The position numbers and the translations under genes are program-made. The notes under the pieces were generated by a model. The model saw only the letters and a program-made list of their open reading frames with translations. It made no database searches and was not told the DNA's origin. A stretch of DNA of 64,000 nt from Octopus sinensis (taxonomy: Eukaryota), in contig NC_043011.1 in assembly GCF_006345805.1 (NCBI RefSeq), forward strand, positions 42,854,464 to 42,918,463, given 5' to 3'. This document shows, one piece after another, positions 1 to 12,596 of the stretch; positions within the stretch are counted from its first letter, which is position 1; each line of letters starts with the position of its first letter.

Positions 1-129
1 ATATAGAGAGAGATTTACATAACAATTAATTATCGTCTGCCATTACAATTATTTGAACCATTTATATGTTCTCTAATATTGTTCTTCTATTTTCCGATAT
101 TATTAAACATAACATAAAACACTTACTCT

Positions 130-1667
130 TTCTTTTTCCTTTTTTCCCCTCCTTTTTCTTTTTTTTTCTTTTTTTCCTGTTGATTTGACATATTTATTTA
201 CTTTTTAGTAAATTAGTGGTTCAATTTCTACTAAATCCACTACTGGTGGCAATTCTTTGAATTCCAACCTTACTCCTGGTGGGTCAACATCTCCACACAT
301 TTCTTGCAGTCTCTTATATCTCTCCTCTTCAATCACTATCGCCTTCATATCCTCTGCATATAGGTATGCTGGTACCTTTACTCTTACTATTTGGTTGAAC
401 TTGAGTATTTTCTTTACTGTTTCTATATTCTTCGAGTAGGTTACGTAATACCATACACCATTTCTTTTTATTTTCTTTCCTCTATTTTGGCTTTTCTGTT
501 CTCTCTTTTCCTCCTCCACGCTAAACAGACTCTCCAATTCTTCTTCGGCCAGCTGAATTTCCGAATCCTTTTCTACCGGAGCAACTGATATTTTTTTCTT
601 TCTCTGTCGGCCTTTTGTCTTCCTTTCTGCTGACCTCCTTCACGGTTTCTTTTCTCATATCTTTTCTCTTCTTTTTCTCTTTCTCTGGCGGAGAACCTAT
701 CCCTCCGCTCCTCCTACTCTCCTTTTTTTTTACGACAGTAGAATCATCATCTGTTTCCTTTGTCTCGACCTGTTCTACCTGGACCCCGCTCTCCACCTGC
801 TCTGCTTGCTGCTTTCTCTGGGTGCACCATGCCTTCATGTGGCCCTTCTCACCACATCCAAAACATACAGGCAGCCTTCCATCTACCTTCATTCTCAATG
901 CAAAGCCGTCAGGCATCACTATCTCCTCCGCAATCCTATTTAAGTCGTCCATTGTTGCCTGGGTAGGGAGCTCTATCCCATATCCCCAGTAGTCGAGCTT
1001 GTTGGTTCTTGTGGCCTTTAATATTTTGGCCCATCTTTCATATTGAACATTATGGCTGTCATGAGCCATACCTTTTCTAGTTCTGGGGGGTACTTGGCCT
1101 AACATGTCTAGCTTCTCTCAACTACTAACAATACTTGGCAAAGTTAGCGAGTAGTCTAGTAAATACAATATTCTGAATTCTAGTGGACATGATAAAATTC
1201 AGTGCAACTGGTTTTTTTTTAATGAATTTTAGATGCAATACGTTTCTCAGTTTAACACCACCTCTTGCCTTTTGCTGCATTTATTTCGAATCAACTGTTA
1301 GCAAAGGGATAAAAAGATATTTCGGGACTCCTATTTCAGCTACATTTTCCTATATGGGATGCCACAGTTTCTCGGAGGAGGTAGAAAAAGTTTCTCAATA
1401 GATGCACGTCGCCACAGTAATAAAAAGGCCGAGCAATGTGGGTAACACCTGAGCATGGATCCTTGTCAGCAGTCGTCTCAATTAACTCAAAGTATATGTT
1501 TCCTTTTTTATCAGACCGGTCTTTACATCTGTCCTTTTATAAGCCCCGCCTAGTATTTGATGAAAGGCTAAGAAAAATATATATCTTCGTTTTGGGATCA
1601 CCACTACTTTATTATCTCCCCTTCTCCCTAGCACTCCTGTGTGACCCTTCTGTCCGGCATTCGCCAT
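130..1667 (-). mobile_element. LINE (Tx1/L1-like) ORF1 remnant ending in AATAAA plus A-rich tail; no ORF2 seen
   Basis: ORF 521-1105 carries a CCHC knuckle (CFGCGEKGHMKAWC) followed by a K/E/R-rich tract; frameshifted ORF pieces at 1482-1667 and 205-537; on the minus strand the ORF end is followed by aaataaa and an A-rich run (~130-200). Confidence 0.6.
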
Positions 1668-1855
1668 GATAGATTGCTAGCCACTACACATTCTTTATTT
1701 TCTCTCCTTATTTCTTTCTGTGTTCCTTTCTGTGGAAGAGCGTGGGCTCGAAACGTTAAAGACTTTTTCACTTCCAGAGCGTTAACCTAATACATCTGTT
1801 TGTTGTCTACACCACCTGTCTTCGACTTTTGTTTCTTTGTGAATTCTCCCTATAT
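1665..1855 (+). mobile_element. Short Penelope-pLTR-like element, same family as 49270-49490
   Basis: Clear similarity to 49270-49490 along its length; contains hammerhead-like motif 1726-1762; ends at TA run. Confidence 0.55.
1726..1762 (+). ncRNA. Minimal type I hammerhead-like motif, core variant CUGUGGA
   Basis: cttt-CTGTGGA-a-GAGC gtgg GCTC-GAAA-cgtt-aaag: helix I cuuu/aaag, helix II GAGC/GCUC, palindromic ACGU helix III, GUU site. Confidence 0.5.
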
Positions 1856-2298
1856 ATCTTCGAATATTCTTATTGCTCTCATGTTTTACAATGGTAAAGG
1901 ATCTCTAAGATGACCTTTCCCGTGACTTTGTTAACTGATATCTTATTGTTACTATAACAGTCTTCAACGTGATTTGACACAAAAGGCCTCCACATGCACT
2001 TCCCACTTTCTCCGTTCTGTGCCTCTGTTTCAGCCTCCTTTAAGTCGTAGTTTTCTTTTTATATTTGTATCGATCTCAGGCAAGTCAGATTAGCTCTTCT
2101 TTTCCTTCTTCTATTATCTTAGACACTATATTTTACTGTAAGCAAAAACAAAAAAATAAACAATTTTTTTTTCATCGTTTTGTTATTTTTTCATGTTTAT
2201 CGTATTCTTGTTGTTTACACGTCCTTTGGGTAATTCCACACTGTATCGTCCTGTGCAGTTCTCGAGCTTTTGTCTCTCTTCGTGGTTAATACAGAAAC

Positions 2299-2349
<51 letters not shown>

Positions 2350-2351
2350 CA

Positions 2352-2570
2352 TGACGGGGAGTCGGCAGAATCGTTAGCACGCCAGGCACAATGTTTAGCG
2401 GCATTTCGTCCGTCTTCACGTTCTGAGTTCAAATTCCCCCGAGGTCGACTTGCTTTTCATCCTTTCAGGGTCGATAGAATAAGTTACCAGTTGAATCCTG
2501 GGATCGATGTAATCGACTCATCTCCACCCCACCCAAATTGCTGCCCTTGTGGCAAAATTCGAAACCATTA
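2352..2570 (+). mobile_element. tRNA-derived SINE family A
   Basis: Recurrent motif ggcagaatcgttagcacgcc...gagttcaaattcc.ccgaggtcgact...; (tta)n flanks; second copy at 2625-2800. Confidence 0.85.
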
Positions 2571-2591
2571 TTATTATTATTATTATTATTA

Positions 2592-2624
<33 letters not shown>

Positions 2625-2813
2625 CAGCTGGCAGAATTGTTGGATAAAATGCTTTGCGACATTTCTTCCGGTTTCACTTTCTGAATTCAAATTGCACCGA
2701 GGTCAACTTTGCCATTCATCCTTTTGGGGTCCTTAAAATAAGTACCAGTTGAACACTGGGGTCGATGTAATCCACTTACACTCTCTCCACAAATTTCATA
2801 CCTCGTATACAGG

Positions 2814-2846
<33 letters not shown>

Positions 2847-3062
2847 AGCAGCGGTGGCATCGATTTTGTTGTATTATATATAGTCTATTATTATTCCTGT
2901 AACTGTTGAAGTTGCGGGTGTCCTTGGTATTGATTGCGGCGGCGGCGGTGGCGGTGGTAGTACTGTCGCTAATGTTAGGAATTCTTGCTGCTATTCAGAC
3001 AATTACTCTCAACGCTTCAATGATTCATATTTTCTTTCCTCTCAACACATGGGTGCACATGT

Positions 3063-3260
<198 letters not shown>

Positions 3261-3832
3261 TTATGACAATCGTCGTCCATTGTCCAAGCCCGTAATTACA
3301 TCGAAATTAAATCCCTACCGTGAAGGCAGACATAATTAACAATTCAGAAAATCTCTTTTCAATAAATCTCAAAGATAAATAACAATTAAGCTATCCTTTT
3401 CCGAGATATAGTAACAATAAAATTTAAGCACGCACGCACGCACACACAGCACACAGTCACACACATATACATTCACACAGTCACAGACACACGCAGACAC
3501 ATACAAGAAAAACAATAAAATTAAGGAGAAGTCAAACAAAAGTTGCCTCAAGACACGTTTCCCTGCGATGCAATTAGATAATAATGATTTTTAACACACG
3601 CACACATAACGCTATTACAGATTTTAGTGGTCGGTGAGGAGTGCAATCGATTAACATCTCGCTACTGTTTCAAGGGAACTTATTTTATCGAACTGGTAAT
3701 CATGAAAAGTACAAACTGTCCTAGTTGTGGCTAAACTAAGAAAGCCATAACATAATGGAATCCTACAATTGTATAATAATAGATGTCACTTCAGCGTGTG
3801 GCCCACCCGGGCATTTACAGTTTAGCTTGCTG

Positions 3833-4130
3833 TCTAACCCTAAACCAAACTCTAATTCTATTCTAATCCTAATCCCTAATATTTAGTCTACATCTAATCC
3901 TAATCCCTAATCTCAAACTAACGTTAAACACTAATCTTAGCCCTAATCCTAAACTCTAAATCTATCTCTAGCCTTAATCCTAAATACTAACTGTAAACGT
4001 AACCCTGACCCTAAACCCTAATTCTAACTCTACCTCTAAAATCTAGCCTAACCATAACCCTAATCGCTAACTCGGACTCTAAACTTAGTACTAAACCCTA
4101 AACCTAACCCTAAACACTAACTCTAACCTC
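3833..4130 (+). repeat. Degenerate telomere-like (CCCTAA/CTCTAA)n array, ~300 bp
   Basis: Recurrent ctaa/ccctaa/ctctaa units at ~6-7 nt period. Confidence 0.75.
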
Positions 4131-4299
4131 AAGCCAGATCAGGACATTTAATAGCGTAGACTACGGATAAAGGGGCAGATCGCGTACCAAAGCAGGATCA
4201 GTGAAGCATGTTTTGATGAATAGTTCAACATGATAGTAAAATATTTTCGCAGCTATCTTTCATGTATGTCTAATTAATTGAAGTATTAGTTTCACATTT

Positions 4300-4500
4300 T
4301 GGCATAAAGCCAGCAATTTTGAGAGAGGGTTTAGTCGAGTACATCGACCACAATGTTTCACTGATACTTATTGTATCGACCCGGAAAGGATGAAAGGCAA
4401 AGTCGACCATGGCGGAATTTGAACTTAGAACGTAAAGGCAGACGAAATGCCGCTAAGCATTTTGCCCAACGTACTGACAGATTTACCAGCTCACCACCTT
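4300..4500 (-). mobile_element. SINE family A
   Basis: Reverse complement of family A; other minus copies at ~7190-7410, 19480-19690, 19710-19850, 38350-38560, 45570-45765, 48170-48300, 59270-59460, 60930-61130. Confidence 0.85.
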
Positions 4501-4516
4501 AATTAAAATAATATTG

Positions 4517-4663
4517 TGTTGTTTTTTTCCTTATTTGAGAATCAGATATAGTATACTAATTAATTGTTAAAAATGTTAACATTAATGTAATTATGTTCCA
4601 CGATGTTTAGATATTGCACAGAATGTCTAATCATTATGATGCAGCTTGTACAACGTAAGCAAT
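4517..4663 (+). repeat. 147-bp direct repeat, copy 1 (copy 2 at 6997-7143)
   Basis: 147-bp match with 4 substitutions. Confidence 0.95.
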
Positions 4664-4929
4664 GTCTGTGGTGTCGTGAGGTGATGCTATGTACATGTAT
4701 ATTTGTTCATCTGTGTGTGTACAAAGTTATTTGCTTCCAATCCATGTGTGTGTCTATGTATGGGTGTGTGTGCGTGTGTGCGTGTGTGTACAGTATATGC
4801 GCACAAGCATACTGATCGTTATTTTACCGAAGGAATCTCTTCAATTAGAAAATGCCGTCATGATATCTCATATGACTAACAAGTCCGTCCTTGGACAAAC
4901 ACAGCATATGTTACAAATATTCTTTTCTA

Positions 4930-6840
4930 CTCTAGGCACAAGGAAGCATTAGCAGTCATGTGGTGTTGTGAGAAGTTTGCTGACTTCTTGATAGGACTAC
5001 CAAAGTTCTTGATAGGAACAGATCACAAGCCTCTACTACCACTAAAGACTAAACGTCTCGATGGGTTGACTCCAAGAATCCAGCCTTTCCGAGTGCGCCT
5101 AATGAGATTCCCCTACGAGATCACACACACCGCAGGGAGAAACCTCATTACAGCAGACACCCTATCCAGGGCTCCTGGCAGCGTACCAACGAAATAAAGA
5201 GTTCCAGCAGGAGGCAGAGACAGACTGTTCGGCCGTTCTATCATAGAGAACATCTCCGTGAGTGACAAACGACTGGAGGAAATCAATATTCGTTTGATAT
5301 AAGTATACCAGAGGTTGTCATTTCCGATAATGGTCCTCAATTCATGTCGAAGAATTTCTGGGATTTCTAAAAGCACTGATAAAATCTGTAGTCAAGTTAT
5401 CAACTTCTACAAGATGGGCCACTGGCCTGAAGCAGCCACACAAGATCCTGAACTAATGAAGGTTGATGATATTGGTTAAATAGAAAGAGAATTCAGCATG
5501 AGATAAGATATATCCGTTTATTAGCAAAGCATATGCAGTAATGGCCTCTTACTATTAGAGACCTGAATATGTTCTATTAAACTAGAGAGTTCCCGTAATG
5601 GTAGGTGAACTAATACCCCACTGGTTTGTACGGCAGTACCTAACAGTTTGTCAGGGACGCTTATTGTATCAGAGCCGACTCATCATGCCCGCAGGCCTCC
5701 AAAATGACATCTTGGATCGTCTACACGAACAACAAGGTAACGTCAAATGCCGAGCACTGGTGCGGGACAATGTTTGGTGACCAGGCCTTTCCAAGCAAAT
5801 TGCTGAAAAGATAGGTGGGTGTAGTATCTGTGAGAAGGAAAAAAGATATTCATCAGAACCACTACGATCTACCAAATTACATGAATATCCATAGCAGAAG
5901 GTAAGGATGGACTTGTTCGAATTGAAAGGACTCAGATATCTATTTGTCATTGACTACTATTCGAGATGGATAGAGATATTTCATCTACAGACAACAATAT
6001 CAGGCAGTATCACTGACAACTGCAAATCAATATTTGCTAGATTTGGTATACCGGGGGTTGTCATTTCCGATATTGGTCCTTTCCGATAATTCATATCGAA
6101 GGAGTTCTGGGATTTTTCAAATGTTTTTGGCTTTTTACACCTCACCAGTAGCCCTCATTATCCACAAGGAAAAGGAGAAACTGAACGTGCGATTCAGACA
6201 GTTAAACACCTTCTTAAAAAAGCAAGTGATCCATATATTGCACTGCTTAATTATCACAGTACTCCACTACAACTGGCAAGAGTCCTGCAGATTTGTTGAT
6301 GAATAGGAAACTCAGGACTCGCATTCCAACAATTTCTTATAAAAATGTATCCTGCCAAATGTTGAGCGACACAAAAATACCGACTCTCAGCTCAAATTGA
6401 AACAAAAGGTCAATTTCGACAAACCATCGAGCTAGAGATCATGCATCGTTTACTTGAAGGACAGCCAGTTTGGGTGAAGACACCTAAAACCAGTACAACA
6501 ACCAAAGTGGTGAAAACTATCACCAAGGTCAGTATTTGTCGAGGCAGATTCAGGACCACTTCGTCGAAACAGAAGCTATCTTCGCAATAGAAGAAAACCA
6601 AGTTTCCTCAAGTAGCTAATCCTATAGAATTGTCCTCTTTACCAACGGTACCCTGAAACAGTCCGGAGTACAGCCGCGACAATTCAGCAGAACATCTCGC
6701 CGATCAAGTTGACCAACCAGAGGCCCAGTCCACTGCGCATAAGGATGTTCCACCTGCCAGCTCGGGAAGTCCTAAGCCAGCTGTGTACACCAGATGTCGT
6801 CGGAGAATTCGACCACCAAAGTAAACTGTCGTTATAAACT
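4930..6840 (+). pseudogene. Ty3/Gypsy pol remnant (RNase H-like region and integrase)
   Basis: TDHKPL and RIQ.FRVRLMRF.YEI.H..G..LITADTLSR; integrase zinc-binding region (RLHEQQG...C..C); DLFELKG..YL.VIDYYSRW; FARFGIP.VVISD; stops and frameshifts. Confidence 0.92.
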
Positions 6841-6863
6841 CATGACCTGAAAGGGAGACGTGG

Positions 6864-7166
6864 TGTTATCTCCCTTAGTTTAGTCCCCTACCATTACGGG
6901 AACTCTCTAGTTTAATAGAACACATTCGGGTCTCTAATAGTAAGAGGCCATTACTGCATATGCTTTGCTAATAACCGTATTTATCTTATCTCATGCTGTT
7001 GTTTTTTTCCTTATTTGAGAATCAGATATAGTATACTAATTAATTGTTAAAAATGTTAACATTAATGTAATTAGGTTCCACGATGTTTAGATCTTGCACA
7101 GAATGTCTAATCATTATAATGCACCTTGTACAACGTAAGCAATATATTTAACCAATATCGTCAACA
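6864..7166 (+). mobile_element. Gypsy 3' LTR (TGTT...AACA) after polypurine tract
   Basis: PPT gaaagggaga at 6849-6858; TGTTAT...CAACA ends; interrupted by the 147-bp unit. Confidence 0.65.
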
Positions 7167-8423
7167 TTCATTATACCACAACAATAATAGCGGTTTCCAA
7201 TTTTAGCACAGGGCCAGCAGAATTTTGGTAAAGGGAAGGATAAGTCGATTACATCAACTCCTGTGTTTCACTGGTGATTATTTTAGCGACTCTGAAAGAA
7301 TGAAAAACAAAGTCGACATTGGCAGAATTTGAACTCAGAATGTAAAGATGGACGAAATGCTGCTAAGCATCATGCCGGGCGCGCTAATGATCCTGTCAGT
7401 TCGCTGCCTTTAGATACGGTAATAATGATAAGAAAGCAGCAATGTGAAAATTTGGCATAAATAGTTAATTTTGTTTTCTCTTGCCAAATAAATTATTTAT
7501 CTTCAAGTCTGATATTTCTGCTAAATCGCTTTCTCTATAGTTCAAGTGATTTACTGCACATCAATATTATTTTCGAAATTCGATTTTCCGTTCAACCTTA
7601 TCTGTAGAACCATGTGTACTCCCGTGAGAGCGGAATGTCTTGTGGAATAAGATTTAATAGTTATAATAGCCCACCGTTCGAATATGCTGGACTTATTCGG
7701 GGAATTACTTCTGCTTTCAGTGGACAAAAAAAAAAAAACTTCGCTGAAAATACCTCCACTTCAGCTGTTATGATATCTATAGTAGAAAATCAAAATATCC
7801 CTGTCTCTCCACCCTCTCTCGCTCTGTCGTGCGGTACATATAGGTTTCCACGTCTCTCTCTTTCTCTCTCTTTGTATGTGTGTGTGGTGTGTTGTGTGTG
7901 TGTGTGTGTAACACAAGGATTAAGGAGAGAATCAAGTACTTAAATATTAGGTACCAAGTTGGACTGAACTAACTTGCAAACACTCCCTTTAGTCGAATAA
8001 ATATACTGGTTACTGAAGTACATTCAGTGGAATATTCAGATAATACATACATAGAATTAAGCCCATACAAGTATCTAACTCTTAGGGACTGGTTCAAAGT
8101 GCTCGTTGTTTGTTATACTCCAGGATTACCGATGGGTCGGGAATCTCTTTGTCGTGCATTATATCAAATAAATAAATAACAGCAGTGAATGAATTGTTTG
8201 AAATTTTATGTATCATCTGATGAAAACAGCTTTTTGCTATGATGTAATGAACTTATTCATCTATTAAAAGGTGCGTTAGAAACAGCTAAAGTGAGCTGAC
8301 ATTCAGCCATCCTTTGCTATACATAAACACACACACACACATACACACACACACACACACACCACACACAGACACACACACGCACACACACACACACGCA
8401 CACACTCTCACATATATACACAT

Positions 8424-8590
8424 AGGGGCAGGCGTGACATTGTGGTAAGAAGCTTACTTCTAAGCCATATGGTTCCGGGTTCAGTTTCACTGTGTGGCAT
8501 TTGGGTATCTTCTCCTATAACCACGGAACGATCAAAGGCTTGTAAGTGGATTTGGCAGACGGAAACTGAAAGAAGCCCGTCATGTGTGTA

Positions 8591-8622
<32 letters not shown>

Positions 8623-8863
8623 TGTGTGTGTGTGTGTGTATGTGTGTTTGTGTGTGTGTGTTTGTGCCTGTGTTTATCCCCTCATCACCGCTTGACAACC
8701 GGTGTTTACGTCCCCGCAACGTAACAGTTCTGCAAAAGAGACCGATAAAATAAGTAGTAAGCTTAAAAAAGAAGTCCTGGGGTCAATTTGTTCTACTAAA
8801 ATTCTTCAAGGCTGTACTCCAGCATGGCCGCAATGAAATGACTGAAACCAGTAAAAGAATAAA

Positions 8864-8870
<7 letters not shown>
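8424..8870 (+). mobile_element. SINE family C (tRNA head, CORE-like ttgggcaagt segment, internal CA/TG tract)
   Basis: Same family at 24033-24447(-), 24560-24730(-), 32435-32838(+), 60110-60310(-), 60790-60900(-), 63805-63960(+). Confidence 0.85.
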
Positions 8871-8932
<62 letters not shown>

Positions 8933-8949
8933 ACACATATACACCAAAG

Positions 8950-9232
8950 TAAGAACAGAAATCTGAAACGAGGTGGGGAAAAATAGTACTCGAATACCGG
9001 AGGTAGAGCAATATGCTTTATTATTATTAAACCTGAAAAAACATCACAAAAATATCAGAAATAAATCTGCTACTCAGAGTTTCAAGTTCCCGTTCGTCGG
9101 ACAGTTTAGATTGAGAATGTTTAGTTTCTCAATCTAAACTGTCCGACGGACGGAAACCTGGAACTCTGAGCACCAGGTGTTTGTGATATTTTTATGATGT
9201 TTTTGCAGCATTAATTGTAATAAAGAAAATAT
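8950..9232. mobile_element. Back-to-back inverted pair of a pLTR-like repeat (hairpin, 8-nt loop)
   Basis: Arms ~9007-9117 and 9126-9232; inner ~23 bp perfect, outer parts diverged. Confidence 0.75.
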
Positions 9233-9799
9233 ACATATACAGGCTGCGAGCGGTATTTTAGGATATTTTGTCTTAAGTTCATTACACCTCAAATGATTTA
9301 AAGTATCATTTTTTTTTTCAGATAACCATTTCAAGATATCATGCTAACACAAGAAATGAAAATACATACAGTCATAGCTGCTATACATGCGAACCACAGT
9401 GATTTATAAATGAGCAACTTTCTAAATGTTGCAAGATCATTTGTACACAAAGTTTGGTTGCAATTGGAGGCATGTGATAGTAATTCTAAACGGTTGCTTC
9501 ACAAAGTGAAAAAAACCCATAAACAAGGTATGCTTTGGTTGACCAGAATCCAAAATCTAACAGACGAAGACAAGTGGTCATGTGCAGATCTTTCTGAAGT
9601 TTCCAGAGTGATGCACACGAAATTTCCAGCAACAGGCTCAAACTTCGATCACGTGACCCCAGTAGTACCAAGTATAAGCACGCATGCGCAGAAGGCGGCG
9701 TGACAATAATAAAAGTATATTATGGCGAAAGTGCGGATAACTTTTGATTTCCCCTCGTATATATAGAAAGGGAGAGAGAGAGAGAGAGATACTCATAAG

Positions 9800-9853
<54 letters not shown>

Positions 9854-9907
9854 CATACATACGTACGTATATACATACATACATACATACGTACGTACAT
9901 ACATACA

Positions 9908-9939
<32 letters not shown>

Positions 9940-10267
9940 AGCATACATACATACAAGCATACATACGTACGTACGTACGTACATACATACATACATACTT
10001 AACATGTTTTGTTTGGGAAATAGAGAGATAAGGTTGTCATTAAAGGCGTTAAGGAAAACGAAGAGCTGCAATAAGGTAGAAAAGGAAAAATGATCTAAGA
10101 GTTAGGATTCCGATATTTTATCAGCTGGTGATGTAATAATCAGTTATTTACGACATGACAATAGTTATCATACACAAATGCGATAGAGCATGTGTTTCTT
10201 ATTCTTATCAAGTAGGGCTACGTGGTTAAGTAATTCGCAAATTGCTTCCGAACCACGTGATTTTGTA

Positions 10268-10339
10268 ACTTTTGGCAAATGGCTTTAGTTTACTTTTGGC
10301 AAGTGGCTTTAGTTTACTTTTAGCAAGTGGCCTTAGTTT
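10268..10339 (+). repeat. 24-bp tandem repeat x3
   Basis: acttttggcaa(a/g)tggctttagttt three times. Confidence 0.9.
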
Positions 10340-10563
10340 AGGATTGGAGAGTTGACCGATAACTTCTCGGCGGAGTTTGTTATAAGAAAGTTGTGTAAAA
10401 GCCCGTTGCGCACACACACACACAAACACACTCACACACACACGCACACACGCACACACACACAAAGATATGTACGCATGTATATATATATGTATATATT
10501 GCCTCGGAAGGGAACCTTCTAGGTGCAATCCCATAGTCATTCATGAAGGAAGGGAGGTCTTAT

Positions 10564-10618
<55 letters not shown>

Positions 10619-10959
10619 TATGTATATACTGTAGCGGCCATAATATGAGGGTCGTAAGAACAAGAGTATTGAAATATTTATTATAGAAGATTAACAAAAC
10701 ATTGAGACTAAATATTTTACAAATATTTAGACATACTTTATATCTACCTTTCGTGAAAATTTCGAGCTAATGGAATAAATATTTCGTATGCTTTCAGGAA
10801 ATAAACAAATACTCTTCGAAACTGCAACTGCCAAAAGTTATGGGTCACTTAGAAAAATAATGAAAAATGGAACAAGAACAAAAAAATACGATAATGGGGT
10901 GGCGATTCATGTAAAAACAACCACAAAAAATAATGGGTTCATTAGATTAACTTTTATTT

Positions 10960-11089
10960 GTGAAATACAGTTGGTTTGAATTTGCTTCAGAAAGAGGTCT
11001 ATGTTTGTGATGATTAGTTGAGGTGGGGGCGCTAGGAATGTGGCCTGGGTGTCAAAGGGGCGGCAGTCCGAAAATGTTTGGGAACCACT
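10960..11089 (-). mobile_element. Possible hAT-type terminus
   Basis: Minus strand begins agtggttcccaaacattttcgg, resembling CAGTGGTTCCCAAAC hAT ends; partner end not found. Confidence 0.35.
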
Positions 11090-11347
11090 TTATTAGAACG
11101 AAGCTGACCGTGTAACTGTATTCAGTTGTGGACAGGTGTATAAATTTAACAGATATATATATACCATCATGCCATCATTGTTTAAGCTGCGGTGATGAAA
11201 CTGAAACGCGACAGTAATTGACAGTTAGGTGGGGTATAAGTTATGGTGTGCAGCACGTCAATTTGGTGACCTCATCGATTTGATCTATATATCGTTAGTA
11301 GTTGAATTCAATCGTGGTAATAATTTGCTGTTGTGTAGACTGTGTAA

Positions 11348-11735
11348 GGAGGCGCAATGGCCCAGTGGTTAGGGCAGCGGACTCGCGGTCGTAGGATCGC
11401 GGTTTCGATTCCCAGACCGGGCGTTGTGAGTGTTTATTGAGCGAAAACACCTAAAGCTCCACGAGGCTCCGGCAGGGGATGGTGGTGATCCCTGCTGTAC
11501 TCTTTCACCACAACTTTCTCTCACTCTTTCTTCCTGTTTCTGTTGTACCTGTATTTCAAAGGGCCGGCCTTGTCATTCTCTGTGTCACGCTGAATATCCC
11601 CGAGAACTACGTTAAGGGTACACGTGTCTGTGGAGAGCTCAGCCACTTACATGTTAATTTCACGAGCAGGCTGTTCCGTTGGTCGGATCAACCGGAACCC
11701 TCATCGTCGTAACCGACGGAGTGCTTCCAAAAAAA
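11348..11735 (+). mobile_element. SINE family B (tRNA-like head), tail type 1
   Basis: A/B-box-like head ggcgcaatggcccagtggttagg...ggtttcgattccc; same full form at 43212-43586(-), 3' part at 44325-44525(-). Confidence 0.9.
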
Positions 11736-11980
11736 GACTGTGTATATACTTGATCGGTGTGGCAAGGCGATTGTGTTCAGTGATGAGCTATATTTCTCTA
11801 AAATTTTTGTATAAATCTACATGCGTTGCACCTACTAAAAGTTGGAGCTCTGTGGAATAGCCAGTAAGTTTTAAACGACTCCGCTCTCACTACAGCGAGA
11901 TTACGGCGGCGGGATGGAAATCTATCATTTGTGTTTTATTGCAACTCTTGCCTTCTCTTGCACACCACACACACACACAC

Positions 11981-12026
<46 letters not shown>

Positions 12027-12230
12027 CAAGTATTGTCAAAATAAATAAACGGAGAACAGGAAACGAAAGCAATGAAGAAAGAGCCAAACGCGAAGCTAGT
12101 GTGTATCGACCTTCATAGACAAACATTCCAGAACATTCGAATAATATATAATTAGTATAAGGTGAAGAGCTTTATCTTGAATACATGAGGGGGATATAAA
12201 CAAAATAAATAAATAAATAAATAAAGAGTT

Positions 12231-12275
<45 letters not shown>

Positions 12276-12546
12276 TTTGTCAAATGATATAGAATAAAAG
12301 GAGGGCGAATAAAAAAAAAGAAGGGAGAATAAAATGAAGAATAAAAAGGGAACTATGGAAGCACGTAAGAAAGAAATAAAGAGAAGCACCGAGAAAAAGT
12401 GTTATTTTTCTGACGAAATATATTAGCACTGCTCTCTTCTGTAACTGCAGCGTTATTGATTTGTGCAGATTGTTGTAGTTGAGGGAAGTAGGAAGATTTT
12501 GTTGTCTGAGATTGAATGGCAGGTGATAGAGAGAAGTATGGTGGCC

Positions 12547-12596
<50 letters not shown>

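Noticed and set aside
4517-7143. 147-bp repeats as the Gypsy LTR pair
   Set aside because: The PPT lies ~140 bp upstream of copy 2, and the inverted LTR copy at 5462 lacks the unit
10268-10339. CRISPR-like repeats (also 19115-19340)
   Set aside because: Contiguous tandem units without spacers; eukaryotic context
11185-11215. GUGAUGA-AACU-GAAACGCGAC hammerhead
   Set aside because: No C3, helix II or UH site
11351-11420. tRNA gene
   Set aside because: tRNA-like head of a SINE; continues into a repeat body, no proper acceptor stem or terminator
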